Positions 51,802 through 61,974 of a DNA stretch of 64,000 nucleotides are shown here, piece by piece. The stretch's first letter is position 1; each line of letters starts with the position of its first letter. The notes below the pieces were generated by a model. The model was not told where the DNA came from. It made no database searches and saw only the letters and a program-made list of their open reading frames with translations. Source of the DNA: a virus. Location of the stretch: positions 1,396-65,395 of IMG/VR virus record IMGVR_UViG_3300010401_000006, one strand, 5' to 3'. Both the position numbers and the translations under genes were made by a program.

Positions 51802-52133
51802 CCGGCGCCCGCACATTTGAATCGGCACTATCAATTTCTCGCGCCGCTGCGAACGGCGATGCCGCTATAGGCAAGCGGTACATGAGCGAGCTTCTGCACG
51901 ATGTCCTCGCGCAAGACGGCGGATTCATGGGGCTGAGCGATGCCGGGTTCGATGCGCGGTGTGTCGAATATGCTCAGTTCGTAGACCGCGATATCGCGAT
52001 GAAAGCGCAATGGGCGCGAACGATTAAGTGGCCACGCTCCGAAGAGGATGAAGCCGATCTCGCTTCATGGCGCGCGGCCGGTGAGCGGAACAGGGCTTGG
52101 CGGGAACGGGAACAGTTGGAGGCAGCGGAATAA
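51798..52133 (+). CDS. Hypothetical protein
   Basis: Coupled. Confidence 0.55.
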   Translation: MTGARTFESALSISRAAANGDAAIGKRYMSELLHDVLAQDGGFMGLSDAGFDARCVEYAQFVDRDIAMKAQWARTIKWPRSEEDEADLASWRAAGERNRAWREREQLEAAE

Positions 52134-52135
52134 TC

Positions 52136-52444
52136 ATGGCAACGAACATCATAAAGCCAAAGGTCGGCGAGTTCATCGTCTTCGCTGAGACGTGGCGCGG
52201 GAAAGTGGCCGAAGTGACGAAAGTCACAGAGCATACGCTGACATACAAGGAAGAGGACTATGACCGCGAAACACGCATGAACCTGACCGGCGCGGTGTTC
52301 TCGGGTCCGAAGCACGTTGCTGAACTTCTCGCGCAGCAGCTCAAATCCTCGCGAGCGCAATACCAAGAAGAACACAATGCCTCGGCCCTCCGCCGAAATG
52401 AGCGCGATGCGAAATTTATCGCCGCCGCCGGAGCCCAGTCATGA
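52136..52444 (+). CDS. Hypothetical protein
   Basis: Operon position. Confidence 0.6.
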   Translation: MATNIIKPKVGEFIVFAETWRGKVAEVTKVTEHTLTYKEEDYDRETRMNLTGAVFSGPKHVAELLAQQLKSSRAQYQEEHNASALRRNERDAKFIAAAGAQS

Positions 52445-52644
52445 CGACCGTCTCGCCCCGCGACCTCGCAGCGTCTTGGCTTCATGAACGCGGATTCTCC
52501 GGCACCGCGAACATGATGCAACTTACCTGCGAATTGCAGGCGACGCTGGATGGATTCGTTCCGGCAATCGAACTCCCAGATACCGGCATCTCGCTCCTGA
52601 ACGGGATGGGGATGGGCGACGACAAATCGACGGAGGCTTCGTGA
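52441..52644 (+). CDS. Hypothetical protein
   Basis: Coupled. Confidence 0.5.
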   Translation: MTTVSPRDLAASWLHERGFSGTANMMQLTCELQATLDGFVPAIELPDTGISLLNGMGMGDDKSTEAS

Positions 52645-52910
52645 TGGGAACCGCTCTCTGGCGCGCAATTCCGCCACTCAATCGGCCAGCATCACACTTG
52701 GCATACACGGTCGCCGCGATCTGCGGCGCCGCCTTCGCAGCCTACGAGGACATGGCGTGGTGCGCGATGTTCTTCGGTTTGCTCGGCGGATGGTTCGCTT
52801 GTGACGGCGGCTTCCATTTTTTCCTGTCCGTTCCGATCAGAGAACGCGCGGTCGTGAGCGCCATCAACGACGCCGAACTCTGCGACGGCCTCAGCGAGGA
52901 GGATTGCTGA
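52644..52910 (+). CDS. Membrane protein
   Basis: Two hydrophobic segments. Confidence 0.5.
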   Translation: MGTALWRAIPPLNRPASHLAYTVAAICGAAFAAYEDMAWCAMFFGLLGGWFACDGGFHFFLSVPIRERAVVSAINDAELCDGLSEEDC

Positions 52911-53428
52911 TGCAGCGACTTATTTCGAGGCAAGAGGCTGACGATTGCCTGCGCCAGCACGTCAAAGAGCTATTCTGGTACGAGCCGGAAACAGGATTGC
53001 TCTATCGGATCATAAACGGCGAAGCGGGCAAGACGCCGGCTGGCAGTTTTTTCCGGAGCGGTCATCGCCGCATCGTTTATCGCCGCCACATCTTCTCAGC
53101 TCATCGCGTCGTATGGCTCTACCACACTGGGGATTGGCCCGCTGGAATGCTGGACCACATAAACTGCGATCCTGCGGACAATCGGATTGAAAACCTGCGC
53201 TTGGCCACGCGATCGCAGAACGGACTCAACACGCCGCTGAATAGGAATAGGAACACCAGTGGTTACAAAGGCGTCACCTGGAACAAGCGTCAGGGGAAAT
53301 GGCAGGCGACGATAAAGTTTGACCGCAAGAGCATGTATCTCGGCGTCTTCAACAGCCCTGAAGAGGCTCATGCCGCCTACGTGAAAGCGGCCACGGAGCA
53401 CTGCGGCGAATTCGCGAGGGCCGCATGA
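52910..53428 (+). CDS. HNH endonuclease with AP2 domain
   Basis: AHRVVW...LDHINCDPADNRIENLR; SGYKGV.W....KWQA.I...YLG.F...EEA..AY. Confidence 0.9.
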   Translation: MQRLISRQEADDCLRQHVKELFWYEPETGLLYRIINGEAGKTPAGSFFRSGHRRIVYRRHIFSAHRVVWLYHTGDWPAGMLDHINCDPADNRIENLRLATRSQNGLNTPLNRNRNTSGYKGVTWNKRQGKWQATIKFDRKSMYLGVFNSPEEAHAAYVKAATEHCGEFARAA

Positions 53429-53622
53429 CCACGCGCGCCCTCTACATCCCCCGATCCACAGCCGGACAGCGGATTCGTCGTGCGACCGTCGCAAGCTATC
53501 GCACCCTACGCGCTGTTGTCGCTCGCACGCTCCACGAAATGGACTTCGGAGATTGGGCCTTCACCCTTGCAGCGCTGTTCGCGTGTGGCGGGGCTTGCTG
53601 GCACTGGGCGGTGACGGCATGA
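53425..53622 (+). CDS. Small membrane protein
   Basis: C-terminal TM. Confidence 0.5.
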   Translation: MTTRALYIPRSTAGQRIRRATVASYRTLRAVVARTLHEMDFGDWAFTLAALFACGGACWHWAVTA

Positions 53623-54578
53623 GCAAGATCGACCGGCCAGGCATCTACGATATCAGCATGGCGTCTTATCACGGCGATTGCTGTGTCGGGCCGTCGATAT
53701 CGTCGAGCGGATTGCGCAAGATATTTCTCAAGAGCCCGAAGCACTATTGGAAGTCCAGCTACCTCAATCCGAACCGGAAGCCGGACAAAGAGACCGAGGC
53801 GTTCATCCTGGGCCGGGCCGCGCACCATTTGCTTTTGGGCGAGGAAGATTTCTCGACGCTTTTCATCATGCGCCCGGACGAAGCGCCGGACGGCACTGGC
53901 CGCGCATGGAATGGCAACAACATCAGTTGCAAGGCATGGCTCAAAGCTCAGGAAAAGGCTGGCCGCACGGTTCTGACGCCGACACAGGTCGAAGCAATCC
54001 GCGGCATGGCGCGCGCTTTGGCCGATGATCCGATGGTGCAGGCAGGAATCCTGAACGGCGATATCGAGAAGTCGATTATCTGGAAGGACAAGACGACGGG
54101 GATCTGGCTCAAGGCCCGGCCGGACGCGATCCCGAACGACAGCGGCGACTTCTGCGACCTCAAGACGACGGCCGCGATTGGTTACGACCTTGACCGAGAC
54201 GTGTCGAAATATCGCTACGACATGCAGGGCGCATTAACCGGCATGGGCGTCCGCGAAGTGCTCGGCCGCGACATGGAAAGTTTCTCGTTCTGCTTCGTGG
54301 AGAACGATGACCCGCACAGCGTCGATACGCTGACACTGATTAACGAGGACATCGGCCTTGCGGAGAAGGACATCCGCGTCGCGCTCGACACCTTCGCATG
54401 GTGCCTTGAAACCGGCATCTGGTTTGGCGCAGGCGGCACGCAGCGCGACGCGCGGCCAGTCCACATAACCGAATGGGCAAAGAAGGACGCCGAGTTCCGG
54501 CGCGACTTCCTCAAACGTGAAATCGAACGCCCGCTGATGGATGGGCCATCGGAAGCGGACTATCTGGCGACGGGATGA
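53619..54578 (+). CDS. RecE/exonuclease VIII-like PD-(D/E)XK nuclease
   Basis: YH.....SSSGL; G.AAH.L.L; LKARPD; DLKTT; Y..Q.A. Confidence 0.85.
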   Translation: MSKIDRPGIYDISMASYHGDCCVGPSISSSGLRKIFLKSPKHYWKSSYLNPNRKPDKETEAFILGRAAHHLLLGEEDFSTLFIMRPDEAPDGTGRAWNGNNISCKAWLKAQEKAGRTVLTPTQVEAIRGMARALADDPMVQAGILNGDIEKSIIWKDKTTGIWLKARPDAIPNDSGDFCDLKTTAAIGYDLDRDVSKYRYDMQGALTGMGVREVLGRDMESFSFCFVENDDPHSVDTLTLINEDIGLAEKDIRVALDTFAWCLETGIWFGAGGTQRDARPVHITEWAKKDAEFRRDFLKREIERPLMDGPSEADYLATG

Positions 54579-54581
54579 AAG

Positions 54582-54866
54582 ATGAAACCAATCTGCACAA
54601 CCTGCCAGCAGTTCTACAAGCCCGCACAGAATGGCTACATCTTCGTTGAAGGAATGCCGACCGAGAATGGCGCGGCCCGTGGAACGCTAGAGCCTGAAAA
54701 GTGGAAGCCGTACAAACTTTGGAGCGGCGACCTCTGGGAATGTCGCGGTTGTGGGCACACGATCATTGTTGGCGTCGGCCAGCAGCCAATAGCTGAGCAT
54801 TTTCAGGCTGATTTTGCTGAGCAACTCACAACCTACCGCGCAACCCTACAAATCAACGATTGCTGA
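54582..54866 (+). CDS. Zn-ribbon protein
   Basis: CTTC...DLWECRGCG. Confidence 0.65.
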   Translation: MKPICTTCQQFYKPAQNGYIFVEGMPTENGAARGTLEPEKWKPYKLWSGDLWECRGCGHTIIVGVGQQPIAEHFQADFAEQLTTYRATLQINDC

Positions 54867-54875
54867 GGATCAACA

Positions 54876-55919
54876 ATGGATATCGACAAGATCGAAGGAA
54901 AGATTGACCGCGTTGCGGCTGGTGCAACCGAAGTCTCGATGGGCTTCGGCGGCGTCCAGTTCAAGACGATGATGGAGCTGATGGAATTCGCAAAGCTCAT
55001 GGCAGTGAGCGGCGCGGCGGTGCCGGTTCATCTGCGCGGCAATCCTGGGGCGTGTCTCGCAATCTGCACGAAGGCGCTGCGGTTCGGCTTTGATCCGTTC
55101 GCGCTCGCAGAACATTCCTACTCGATGGTCAAGTCGACCAAGGTCGATGGCAAATGGGAAAACGTCGAGACAATTGCCTACGACTCGGCCGTCATCCACG
55201 CGATCATCGAAGCCCATGCTCCGATCAAGGGTCGGCTGCGTCCCGTCTATGTCGGAGAAGGCGACGCCCGCACCTGTACCGTCTCCGGCATCCCGGTCGG
55301 CGAGACCGAGCCGCTTATCCACGAGAGTCCGACCATCGGGAAGCTCAAGGAAGCACGCGGCAAGAACGATGATGGCAAGATCAAAGGCTCCCCGCTCTGG
55401 CTGACGAAGCCGGATCAACAGCTCTGGTACGACACCGTCCGCGACTGGTGCCGCAAGTACTATCCCGAAATCCTGATGGGCTGGTACGACAAGGACGAGT
55501 TCGAGGAGTACGCGAAGGCGGCGTCCGCGAAGGACATTACGCCAGCGACCAACCTCAAGGACCGGCTCACTGGAAATAAGGGCAAAGGCTTCCACGCTGA
55601 TAACGCCGCCCAGCTTCCGGCACCGTCAGAGACGCCCATGCAGCCGATCACCGTTTCAGAGGGCGAGCCAATCCCAGTCGGTGAACCGGTTTCTGCTGAA
55701 CCACAGAAGACCGGAAAGCGACGCAAGGCTACCGATGCGCCGGCGCCCATGTCCGAACCGCTGACGCGAGGCTTCGACGTTCTCAGGCGCACAGCGATCG
55801 CGGACGTTCCAGACCTGCGCGCAACGATCCTGGACGAGCTGACCGACGACGGCGAACGCAAGAGTTGGGAAGCCGCCTGCGAACTCGCCGTCCAGCCACA
55901 ACAGCACGCAGCGGAGTAG
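54876..55919 (+). CDS. RecT-like single-strand annealing protein
   Basis: VP.HLRGNPGACLA...G.DPF...SPLW...P.QQL.Y..R.W.R...PE.L.G.Y..DE. Confidence 0.85.
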   Translation: MDIDKIEGKIDRVAAGATEVSMGFGGVQFKTMMELMEFAKLMAVSGAAVPVHLRGNPGACLAICTKALRFGFDPFALAEHSYSMVKSTKVDGKWENVETIAYDSAVIHAIIEAHAPIKGRLRPVYVGEGDARTCTVSGIPVGETEPLIHESPTIGKLKEARGKNDDGKIKGSPLWLTKPDQQLWYDTVRDWCRKYYPEILMGWYDKDEFEEYAKAASAKDITPATNLKDRLTGNKGKGFHADNAAQLPAPSETPMQPITVSEGEPIPVGEPVSAEPQKTGKRRKATDAPAPMSEPLTRGFDVLRRTAIADVPDLRATILDELTDDGERKSWEAACELAVQPQQHAAE

Positions 55920-55965
55920 CCCATGCCCGCCGACAAGCCCATCCGAGACACAGCGGAAGAGATTT

Positions 55966-57036
55966 ATGGCGATGGGTAAAACATCGATTCAGTGGACCGA
56001 AATGACGTGGAATCCGGTTCGCGGGTGCACGCGTAAATCTCCCGGATGCGTGAACTGCTATGCCGAAGTGATGGCCGCGCGGTTCTCTCAGCCCGGGATG
56101 TGGGGCCATGGCTTTGCGACGATGAAGGGTGGCGATCATCGCTGGACCGGTAAGGTCGAACTGATCGAAGACATGCTGAAGGTGCCACTCGGCTGGAAGA
56201 AGCCTCGGCGGATTTTCGTCAACTCTACGAGTGATCTATTCCACGAGGATTTGCCAGACGAGGCGATAGACCGCGTATTCGCGGTAATGGCGCTCTGCCC
56301 GCAGCATACGTTTCAGATTTTGACCAAACGGCCGGAGAGGATGCGGGAGCATTTTGAGAATGAAGAGCGCGCGATGCTGATATCTGTTGCGCTTGGCAAA
56401 ATGCTCGACGGCGATTGGGTTTGGAACGACGGCAAACCTTGGCGTCACCAGATCGAGCAAGCAATCAGCTTTTTTATGGGCGAGGATGTTGACAGCGAAG
56501 GGTGCATTCGGCGCTTTCAAGACGAGCCATTACCACTCCCCAATGTTTGGCTCGGCACAAGCATCGAAGACCAAGAGCGCGCGGACGAGCGCAAGCCTCT
56601 CCTACAGAATACCCCTGCCGCTGTTCGCTTCCTGTCGGTCGAACCGCTTATCGAAGAGGTCGAGCTTGGCGATCTCTCCGGCATCCATCAGGTGATTGTC
56701 GGCGGCGAAAGCGGACCGGGCGCGCGTCCGTTCTATGCAGCCTGGGCAAGGAAGATCGTTCGACGGTGCCGCAAGCAAGGCGTCGCCTGTTTTGTGAAGC
56801 AGATGGGGTCAAACGTCCGCGACCGTAACGACGCGGGCTTTGAAGGCTGCGACGATACCGAGTGGCCGCTGACTGACGAGTTCGCGCAGCTTGAACACAA
56901 TCCAGACGGATGCCTAGACGAAGCGCAAGGCGCACCGGTCCGCATCCGCCTCAAAGACAAGAAGGGCGGCGACATGGACGAGTGGCCGGCCGATTTGCGC
57001 GTCCGGCAATTTCCCTTCCCGAAGGCCGCCGCATGA
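55966..57036 (+). CDS. DUF5131 (phage Gp37/Gp68) three-Cys protein
   Basis: TWNPVRGCTRKSPGCVNCYAE; FVNSTSDLFH; FQILTKRP.R; FLSVEPL; VIVGGESG. Confidence 0.92.
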   Translation: MAMGKTSIQWTEMTWNPVRGCTRKSPGCVNCYAEVMAARFSQPGMWGHGFATMKGGDHRWTGKVELIEDMLKVPLGWKKPRRIFVNSTSDLFHEDLPDEAIDRVFAVMALCPQHTFQILTKRPERMREHFENEERAMLISVALGKMLDGDWVWNDGKPWRHQIEQAISFFMGEDVDSEGCIRRFQDEPLPLPNVWLGTSIEDQERADERKPLLQNTPAAVRFLSVEPLIEEVELGDLSGIHQVIVGGESGPGARPFYAAWARKIVRRCRKQGVACFVKQMGSNVRDRNDAGFEGCDDTEWPLTDEFAQLEHNPDGCLDEAQGAPVRIRLKDKKGGDMDEWPADLRVRQFPFPKAAA

Positions 57037-57647
57037 CCCACGCCGTCGACATGATCGACAGCCCCTATGGGCGGACATGCTCAATTGCCGGGTGCGGCAA
57101 GAGACACGATTGCCATGGCCTCTGCTCGTCCCACGCCAAGCGCTTAGCCAGGTATGGCGACCCGCTCAAAAGCGGACCGCCTCCACGTTCAAAGTGCAGA
57201 GATTTCATAGAGAGCGTCGTTCTTCCGTATACCGGGCAGGAGTGCCTGCGCTGGCCCTTCGGAAATAACAGCAAGGGCTACGGCGTTTATCATGTCGATG
57301 GCCGGGCGATTGGCGTGCACGTTTATGTATGCGAAAGGGCGCACGGCCCAAAGCCATCCCCTCGGCATCATGCAGCACACACATGCGGCAAGGGCCATCT
57401 GCTGTGCTGCGCTCCAAACCATGTGCGCTGGGCGTCTCCAAAGGAAAACGCTGCAGACAAGCTCGTTCACGGCACCGTCACCATCGGTGTAAAGAACCCG
57501 AGTTCAAAACTTACCCCAAAACAGGTTCGGCAGATTCGGAAGCTACTTGGGGCCATTCCGCAGCATAAAATCGCAAAGCAATTTGATGTTTGCCAGATGG
57601 CAATAAGCCATATCGCAACTGGACGGTCGTGGGGATGGCTGTCATGA
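57033..57647 (+). CDS. HNH endonuclease with Zn ribbon and HTH
   Basis: CSIAGC....GLC..H; VHVYVCE..HG...H.C....CC.P.H.RW. Confidence 0.85.
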   Translation: MTHAVDMIDSPYGRTCSIAGCGKRHDCHGLCSSHAKRLARYGDPLKSGPPPRSKCRDFIESVVLPYTGQECLRWPFGNNSKGYGVYHVDGRAIGVHVYVCERAHGPKPSPRHHAAHTCGKGHLLCCAPNHVRWASPKENAADKLVHGTVTIGVKNPSSKLTPKQVRQIRKLLGAIPQHKIAKQFDVCQMAISHIATGRSWGWLS

Positions 57648-58030
57648 GCCGTAGCGTCCCTGAATGGGTTGGAAAGACTGACGATACAAAAGTGCCTCCT
57701 CGGGTCAGGCTGCGCGTCTTCGACCGAGAGGGAGGCCGTTGCCATCTTTGTACGCGCCTGATCCGGGCCGGAGAGAGATGGACGCTAGAACACCGAATTG
57801 CGCTGATTAACGGCGGCAGAAACGCCGAATCCAACCTCTGCTGCACCTGCTGCAACTGCCTCCCCGAAAAGAACGCAGCCGACATCGCAGAGAAAACCGA
57901 CGTCTCACACAAGCGCGCCAAGCACATCGGAACGCATAGGGCGAAGAGGCCACTACGCTCCCGCAACACATTCCGGCCAGCGCCGTCAAACGCGCGGGAT
58001 ATCAATGCAGATTTGGAGGAAGCGACATGA
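57644..58030 (+). CDS. HNH nuclease
   Basis: RVF.RE.GRC.LC...EHRIAL.NGG.N.ESNL..C..C. Confidence 0.85.
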   Translation: MSRSVPEWVGKTDDTKVPPRVRLRVFDREGGRCHLCTRLIRAGERWTLEHRIALINGGRNAESNLCCTCCNCLPEKNAADIAEKTDVSHKRAKHIGTHRAKRPLRSRNTFRPAPSNARDINADLEEAT

Positions 58031-58302
58031 AACTCGACGCAAAATTCTTCGGCGTGATCGTCAAGGCCAAGGACGGCAGCATCCTCCCAGAGGATGAATA
58101 CGTCGTGTTCCTCACGAAGGACACGGCATTCGCGGACACGCTTCCAGCCTATCGCAATCGGTGCATCGAACTCGGCTGCGATCAGGAGCAGATCGATGCC
58201 GTAAACCGCATGATTACACGCGTTTCCGAATGGCGCGCTGCAAATCCGCACCGGCTCAAGAATCCAGACGCCAAGGGCGAGAAATTGCTGGACACGCCAT
58301 GA
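58027..58302 (+). CDS. Conserved small phage protein
   Basis: VFL.KD.AF..TL.AY...C...G. Confidence 0.65.
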   Translation: MKLDAKFFGVIVKAKDGSILPEDEYVVFLTKDTAFADTLPAYRNRCIELGCDQEQIDAVNRMITRVSEWRAANPHRLKNPDAKGEKLLDTP

Positions 58303-59063
58303 CCCACGAACTCACCCAGCGCGCCATAGAGGCTTGTAATGCCAGGGGCGATGCGAGTGTGGAAGATAGAATGGAGGCGGTGCTGGGCCTTGCGTTCGAG
58401 ATGGCGGCATCGTGTGCGGAGGAATTTGGCTGGGTGCTTCCGATGTACGAGAATGCGGAGGTCAACGAAGCCACAGATGACGCTGCTGAATCCGTTCAGA
58501 AACAAATCGCACAAGCTATCCGCGCCCTGTCCGCCACACCCTCCCCCGCAACCGGCGAGCGGCCTGCGAAGTATCTGTGCGAACTGCATCAGGTCTATTT
58601 CGATAACTTCTGCGGCGCTTGTTACAACGAAGCTGCTGCTGACATAGCAACCGGCAAGCGGGCAGAAGAGAGCCCAGATGCGCCGAAGCACGCGACGAAC
58701 GTTGACGGCGTTATTGTTCATGGCGACAAGCCGCTGACGGAAGAAGGCCGGGAAGCGATCCGTGCGTTGATCGCAGCGGCCACAAAAAAGCTCGCGCCCG
58801 ATCAAGAGCAATACCTACACGATATCCGAACGTCGCTCGAAGGCTACGACCCGAATGCCATCATCGGAGGCCCGCGCACCCCAACCGGCGAGCGGGACGC
58901 GGTGCTGGAGGAGGCGGCGGACATCGCTGAGAGCAAGGCGGTCTACAAAGCGTGGGCGCGGGAGCATCCGAATGCGATCCACACCACACCTGAAGAGATG
59001 CAGCGGCGCATTGGCCAAGCTATCCGAGCCCTCAAGCAATCCCGCCCCGCAGAGAGGAAGTAG
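58299..59063 (+). CDS. Modular protein with internal repeats
   Basis: QAIRAL and TGER segments each occur twice. Confidence 0.6.
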   Translation: MTHELTQRAIEACNARGDASVEDRMEAVLGLAFEMAASCAEEFGWVLPMYENAEVNEATDDAAESVQKQIAQAIRALSATPSPATGERPAKYLCELHQVYFDNFCGACYNEAAADIATGKRAEESPDAPKHATNVDGVIVHGDKPLTEEGREAIRALIAAATKKLAPDQEQYLHDIRTSLEGYDPNAIIGGPRTPTGERDAVLEEAADIAESKAVYKAWAREHPNAIHTTPEEMQRRIGQAIRALKQSRPAERK

Positions 59064-59067
59064 AGAG

Positions 59068-59235
59068 ATGGAACACAAGGGCCACAATGAAGTCCGCGAA
59101 GATGGCGTCGTTCATGTCTGTTCGTGCGGCTGGGTTTCAAGGCCATGCTTCTCACCGATGACTGCGTCGTGTGAAGGCATGGACCATCGCGAAAGCGTCG
59201 GTGAACGCGAGCGCCACATCGGGAGGACGGGATGA
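59068..59235 (+). CDS. Small Cys/His protein
   Basis: H...CSCGW. Confidence 0.5.
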   Translation: MEHKGHNEVREDGVVHVCSCGWVSRPCFSPMTASCEGMDHRESVGERERHIGRTG

Positions 59236-59870
59236 GCGAGGAAGTATCCGACGCCGAGGTCGAACGCATCCGGGCTTGGCACAAAGACCGCGTGGCTTAC
59301 ATGGAAGAGAACGAGGGCCGGTTTCACACGCACGAAGCCGAAGCGCATTTCTCGAACGGCAAGCTGCTATCAGCCATTGACCGCCTACGCGCCCGCATCA
59401 AAGACCTTGAGTCCGCGCAGGAGGCGAGAGTGCCAGAAGGATGGGTGCTCGTTCCGAAAGAGACGACAGAGGCGATGCGGCAGGTTGCGATGTCTGCAGT
59501 ATTAGAGGCGCTCAAGCCTGCTTTCAGAGAATATCGATGGCTGGCTTTCAAGAATGAATGGATCGAGCATGAATTTTGGAGAGTGACCAGCCCAACAGCA
59601 GATCATCGCGAACGCTCGGAATTGCGAGTTAACATTCGAGTTGTTGTGCAGGCGGCGCTCGAAGCCATGCTCGCCGCAGCCCCACCCGCACCATCCGCCC
59701 CGACGGATCAGGGAGCGATCAAGCGAGCAATTGAAAGCGCCATCCATTTTGCCGAAGGTGTTAGTGGTGGCGAAGATCAGGATGGCAACACAATATTTCC
59801 TGACGATCTTCTGACCGAACTTTACGCCGCCCTCACCGAAGTCTGCCGTATCGGTGGAGAGCGCAAATGA
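59232..59870 (+). CDS. Modular phage protein
   Basis: VPEGWVLVP.E.T..M...MLAAAP motif. Confidence 0.65.
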   Translation: MSEEVSDAEVERIRAWHKDRVAYMEENEGRFHTHEAEAHFSNGKLLSAIDRLRARIKDLESAQEARVPEGWVLVPKETTEAMRQVAMSAVLEALKPAFREYRWLAFKNEWIEHEFWRVTSPTADHRERSELRVNIRVVVQAALEAMLAAAPPAPSAPTDQGAIKRAIESAIHFAEGVSGGEDQDGNTIFPDDLLTELYAALTEVCRIGGERK

Positions 59871-60274
59871 CCGGCCTTCTCCCACCCGAGCGACTGGCCG
59901 CGCTGCTTATCGAATTGCGCGAGCGTGCTGACGCTGCGAAGCATTCACCGTGGACGTTCTCGCCGCAGGAAGGCGAGGCTAAGCATTGCGATCAAGCCCA
60001 GATATGGGACGAAAACGGTCACTCGCTTGCTGTTCTAGAACCAACACTGATCCCGCAACTGGCAACCGATACCGCCGCGCATATCGCCGGACTGCATCCC
60101 GAAATCATCATCGCCCTCCTCGACCACATCAGCGCCCTTACACGGGAGATCGAGTCTGAGCGCGAGGCTCGGTTCAAGACCGATGCTGCGTTGCGCATGA
60201 AGGATGACGCGGTCGGAACGCTGATCGCACGGCTTCAGAGGCTTGGCGACAATTGCGAGGATTTGATCCCGTGA
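59867..60274 (+). CDS. Ead/Ea22-like protein
   Basis: A..SPW...AAHIA.L.P..I.ALLD. Confidence 0.65.
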   Translation: MTGLLPPERLAALLIELRERADAAKHSPWTFSPQEGEAKHCDQAQIWDENGHSLAVLEPTLIPQLATDTAAHIAGLHPEIIIALLDHISALTREIESEREARFKTDAALRMKDDAVGTLIARLQRLGDNCEDLIP

Positions 60275-60315
60275 CCGCCCCCAACACCTTCCCGGAGGTG
60301 CCGGCGGGATGATGG

Positions 60316-60347
60316 TTGCAATCTTACACTTGACGTGAAATCTTACA
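60316..60347 (+). promoter_or_regulatory. Tandem AATCTTACA motifs before late-arm ORF
   Basis: 60320-60328 and 60339-60347. Confidence 0.6.
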
Positions 60348-60351
60348 GCCC

Positions 60352-60696
60352 ATGCCAAAGCCTCCGACATGCTTCCGCTGTTCAACCTCGCACTGGTCGA
60401 CGCAGCCGTGTCCTGGGGCGAAGGCTGTGAAGAATTTGCCCGAACGGGCATCCCAGATGGGGGTAGAGCCGAAAGATGCAGCGAGGATCGGCCGTGAGCC
60501 CGCTGCGCCGAGTAGGAGTACCGGTTCAGTCCGCCCCCCGCGGTCTACCCAAGCGAACGGCACGAGCAAAACCAAATCCGACGAGACAGCCTCCCCCGTT
60601 TTCGATCCCAACTGCCCATGTTGCGTGCGCCGGCGGGATCAGAACCGTGCAGCAATCAAGAACTTCAGGAAGAAGAAAAGAGCGGGTGCGAAGTGA
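60352..60696 (+). CDS. Basic Cys-containing protein
   Basis: CFRC...H...C; CPCC. Confidence 0.6.
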   Translation: MPKPPTCFRCSTSHWSTQPCPGAKAVKNLPERASQMGVEPKDAARIGREPAAPSRSTGSVRPPRSTQANGTSKTKSDETASPVFDPNCPCCVRRRDQNRAAIKNFRKKKRAGAK

Positions 60697-60866
60697 CGAT
60701 ATTCTGCCCGAAATGCGGTAACTCTGATCCGCAAAAAATCCGGCCTGCGACAGAATTCATTGGGTTAGATTTCTTAGGCCGACCCGAGAAATGCGTCATC
60801 GAAAATAAGCACCATTGTGACCAATGCGGCAACGAATGGCATGCCGAACTTATGGTGAGAAAATGA
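60693..60866 (+). CDS. Zn-ribbon protein
   Basis: CPKCG...CDQCG. Confidence 0.6.
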   Translation: MTIFCPKCGNSDPQKIRPATEFIGLDFLGRPEKCVIENKHHCDQCGNEWHAELMVRK

Positions 60867-61189
60867 GCGTGAGGTGCCTGTATTGCGGTGAGAGGGCCGG
60901 GTATGGCCGCGAGATCGCGCACAAAAGCGATTGCGTTCGGCCGCCGCCTCTGACAAATGACGAGAGGCTGAATAATTTCTTTGACGCACTGTCTCGATGC
61001 GACCGCTGCGACAAGAAGGTGGAAAAATCTTGGAACTACTGCGCATCGTGCGGCCATCACCTTGTTGATGATGAGCCCCTATTTGGCGCTCCATTGGTAG
61101 CCATCGACCAGCAGCCGACGTGCCAATGTCGAAAGCCCCTTGGCAACGTGAAAAGCCACTGTGGATACTGCGGAGGCGTGATCACGTGA
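60863..61189 (+). CDS. Multi-zinc-ribbon protein
   Basis: CLYC, CDRC, CASC, CGYC. Confidence 0.6.
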   Translation: MSVRCLYCGERAGYGREIAHKSDCVRPPPLTNDERLNNFFDALSRCDRCDKKVEKSWNYCASCGHHLVDDEPLFGAPLVAIDQQPTCQCRKPLGNVKSHCGYCGGVIT

Positions 61190-61548
61190 CCACCCACACA
61201 GACTGCGAAATCCCTGGATGCGGCAAAGAGGCTGTAATCCTTCCCGTGCTGATCGTGCCGACGCATCCGATGTCGCGGAACCGCGGCTATGCCGGTGTCC
61301 GCTGTGCGCTTGGTGTCGTGGTCTGCCGCCACCACTACGAAAATCTCACGCTGCACGAGTTCCTGAGCAAGCCGGAAATCCGCGCATCTATCGAGAACGA
61401 CTTCCGCGAGAATGCCGCCATGCCCCACTTCGAGCGCGCCCGCTTCACATTCGTGTGGCACAAGCAGGCCGAGTTCCAAGACCTCATGCAGAGGCGTGAG
61501 CGTGCGAGACAGGGCGGACAGGCCGTGCCTGGAGTGGGGATAAACTGA
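61186..61548 (+). CDS. Hypothetical Cys protein
   Basis: CEIPGC...VCRHH. Confidence 0.6.
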   Translation: MTTHTDCEIPGCGKEAVILPVLIVPTHPMSRNRGYAGVRCALGVVVCRHHYENLTLHEFLSKPEIRASIENDFRENAAMPHFERARFTFVWHKQAEFQDLMQRRERARQGGQAVPGVGIN

Positions 61549-61564
61549 TGAAAGGACTTTACGA

Positions 61565-61819
61565 ATGAAGCCGGGCGATATTGTTTTTCAAGAAGACACC
61601 GTTTTTGGCCGCCACTCCTTCTACGAAATTGAAGGCGTATACTTGGGTGCGGAGGGTCAAGAAAGCGTGGTGACGCTAAAGTCTCTATCGCGTCGTGACC
61701 CAGATTACTGGAGCGGACCCAAGGTTATGGCAGTTCCCGAAGTGCTCATTCGCGGCAAGGTGTTCGCGAGAGAGATCGAGCCACCCCCGCCCTCACAGCC
61801 AGCCGAAGCGAAGCGCTAG
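61565..61819 (+). CDS. Hypothetical protein
   Basis: AAAGGA RBS. Confidence 0.6.
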   Translation: MKPGDIVFQEDTVFGRHSFYEIEGVYLGAEGQESVVTLKSLSRRDPDYWSGPKVMAVPEVLIRGKVFAREIEPPPPSQPAEAKR

Positions 61820-61827
61820 GTCAGAGA

Positions 61828-61974
61828 ATGACGCACGAACGCTGCAACAACTCCCCCTGCCGCAGCAAAGCCGAACTCAAGGCAACTGTCGCTGGAAACC
61901 CATTCGTCCTGTGCAAGGCGTGCTCTAAGCTGGCGAGGTTCGCGGCGGTGAAGTTTGAGGCGATAAAGCCATGA
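61828..61974 (+). CDS. Small Zn-finger protein
   Basis: C....C...CKAC. Confidence 0.5.
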   Translation: MTHERCNNSPCRSKAELKATVAGNPFVLCKACSKLARFAAVKFEAIKP

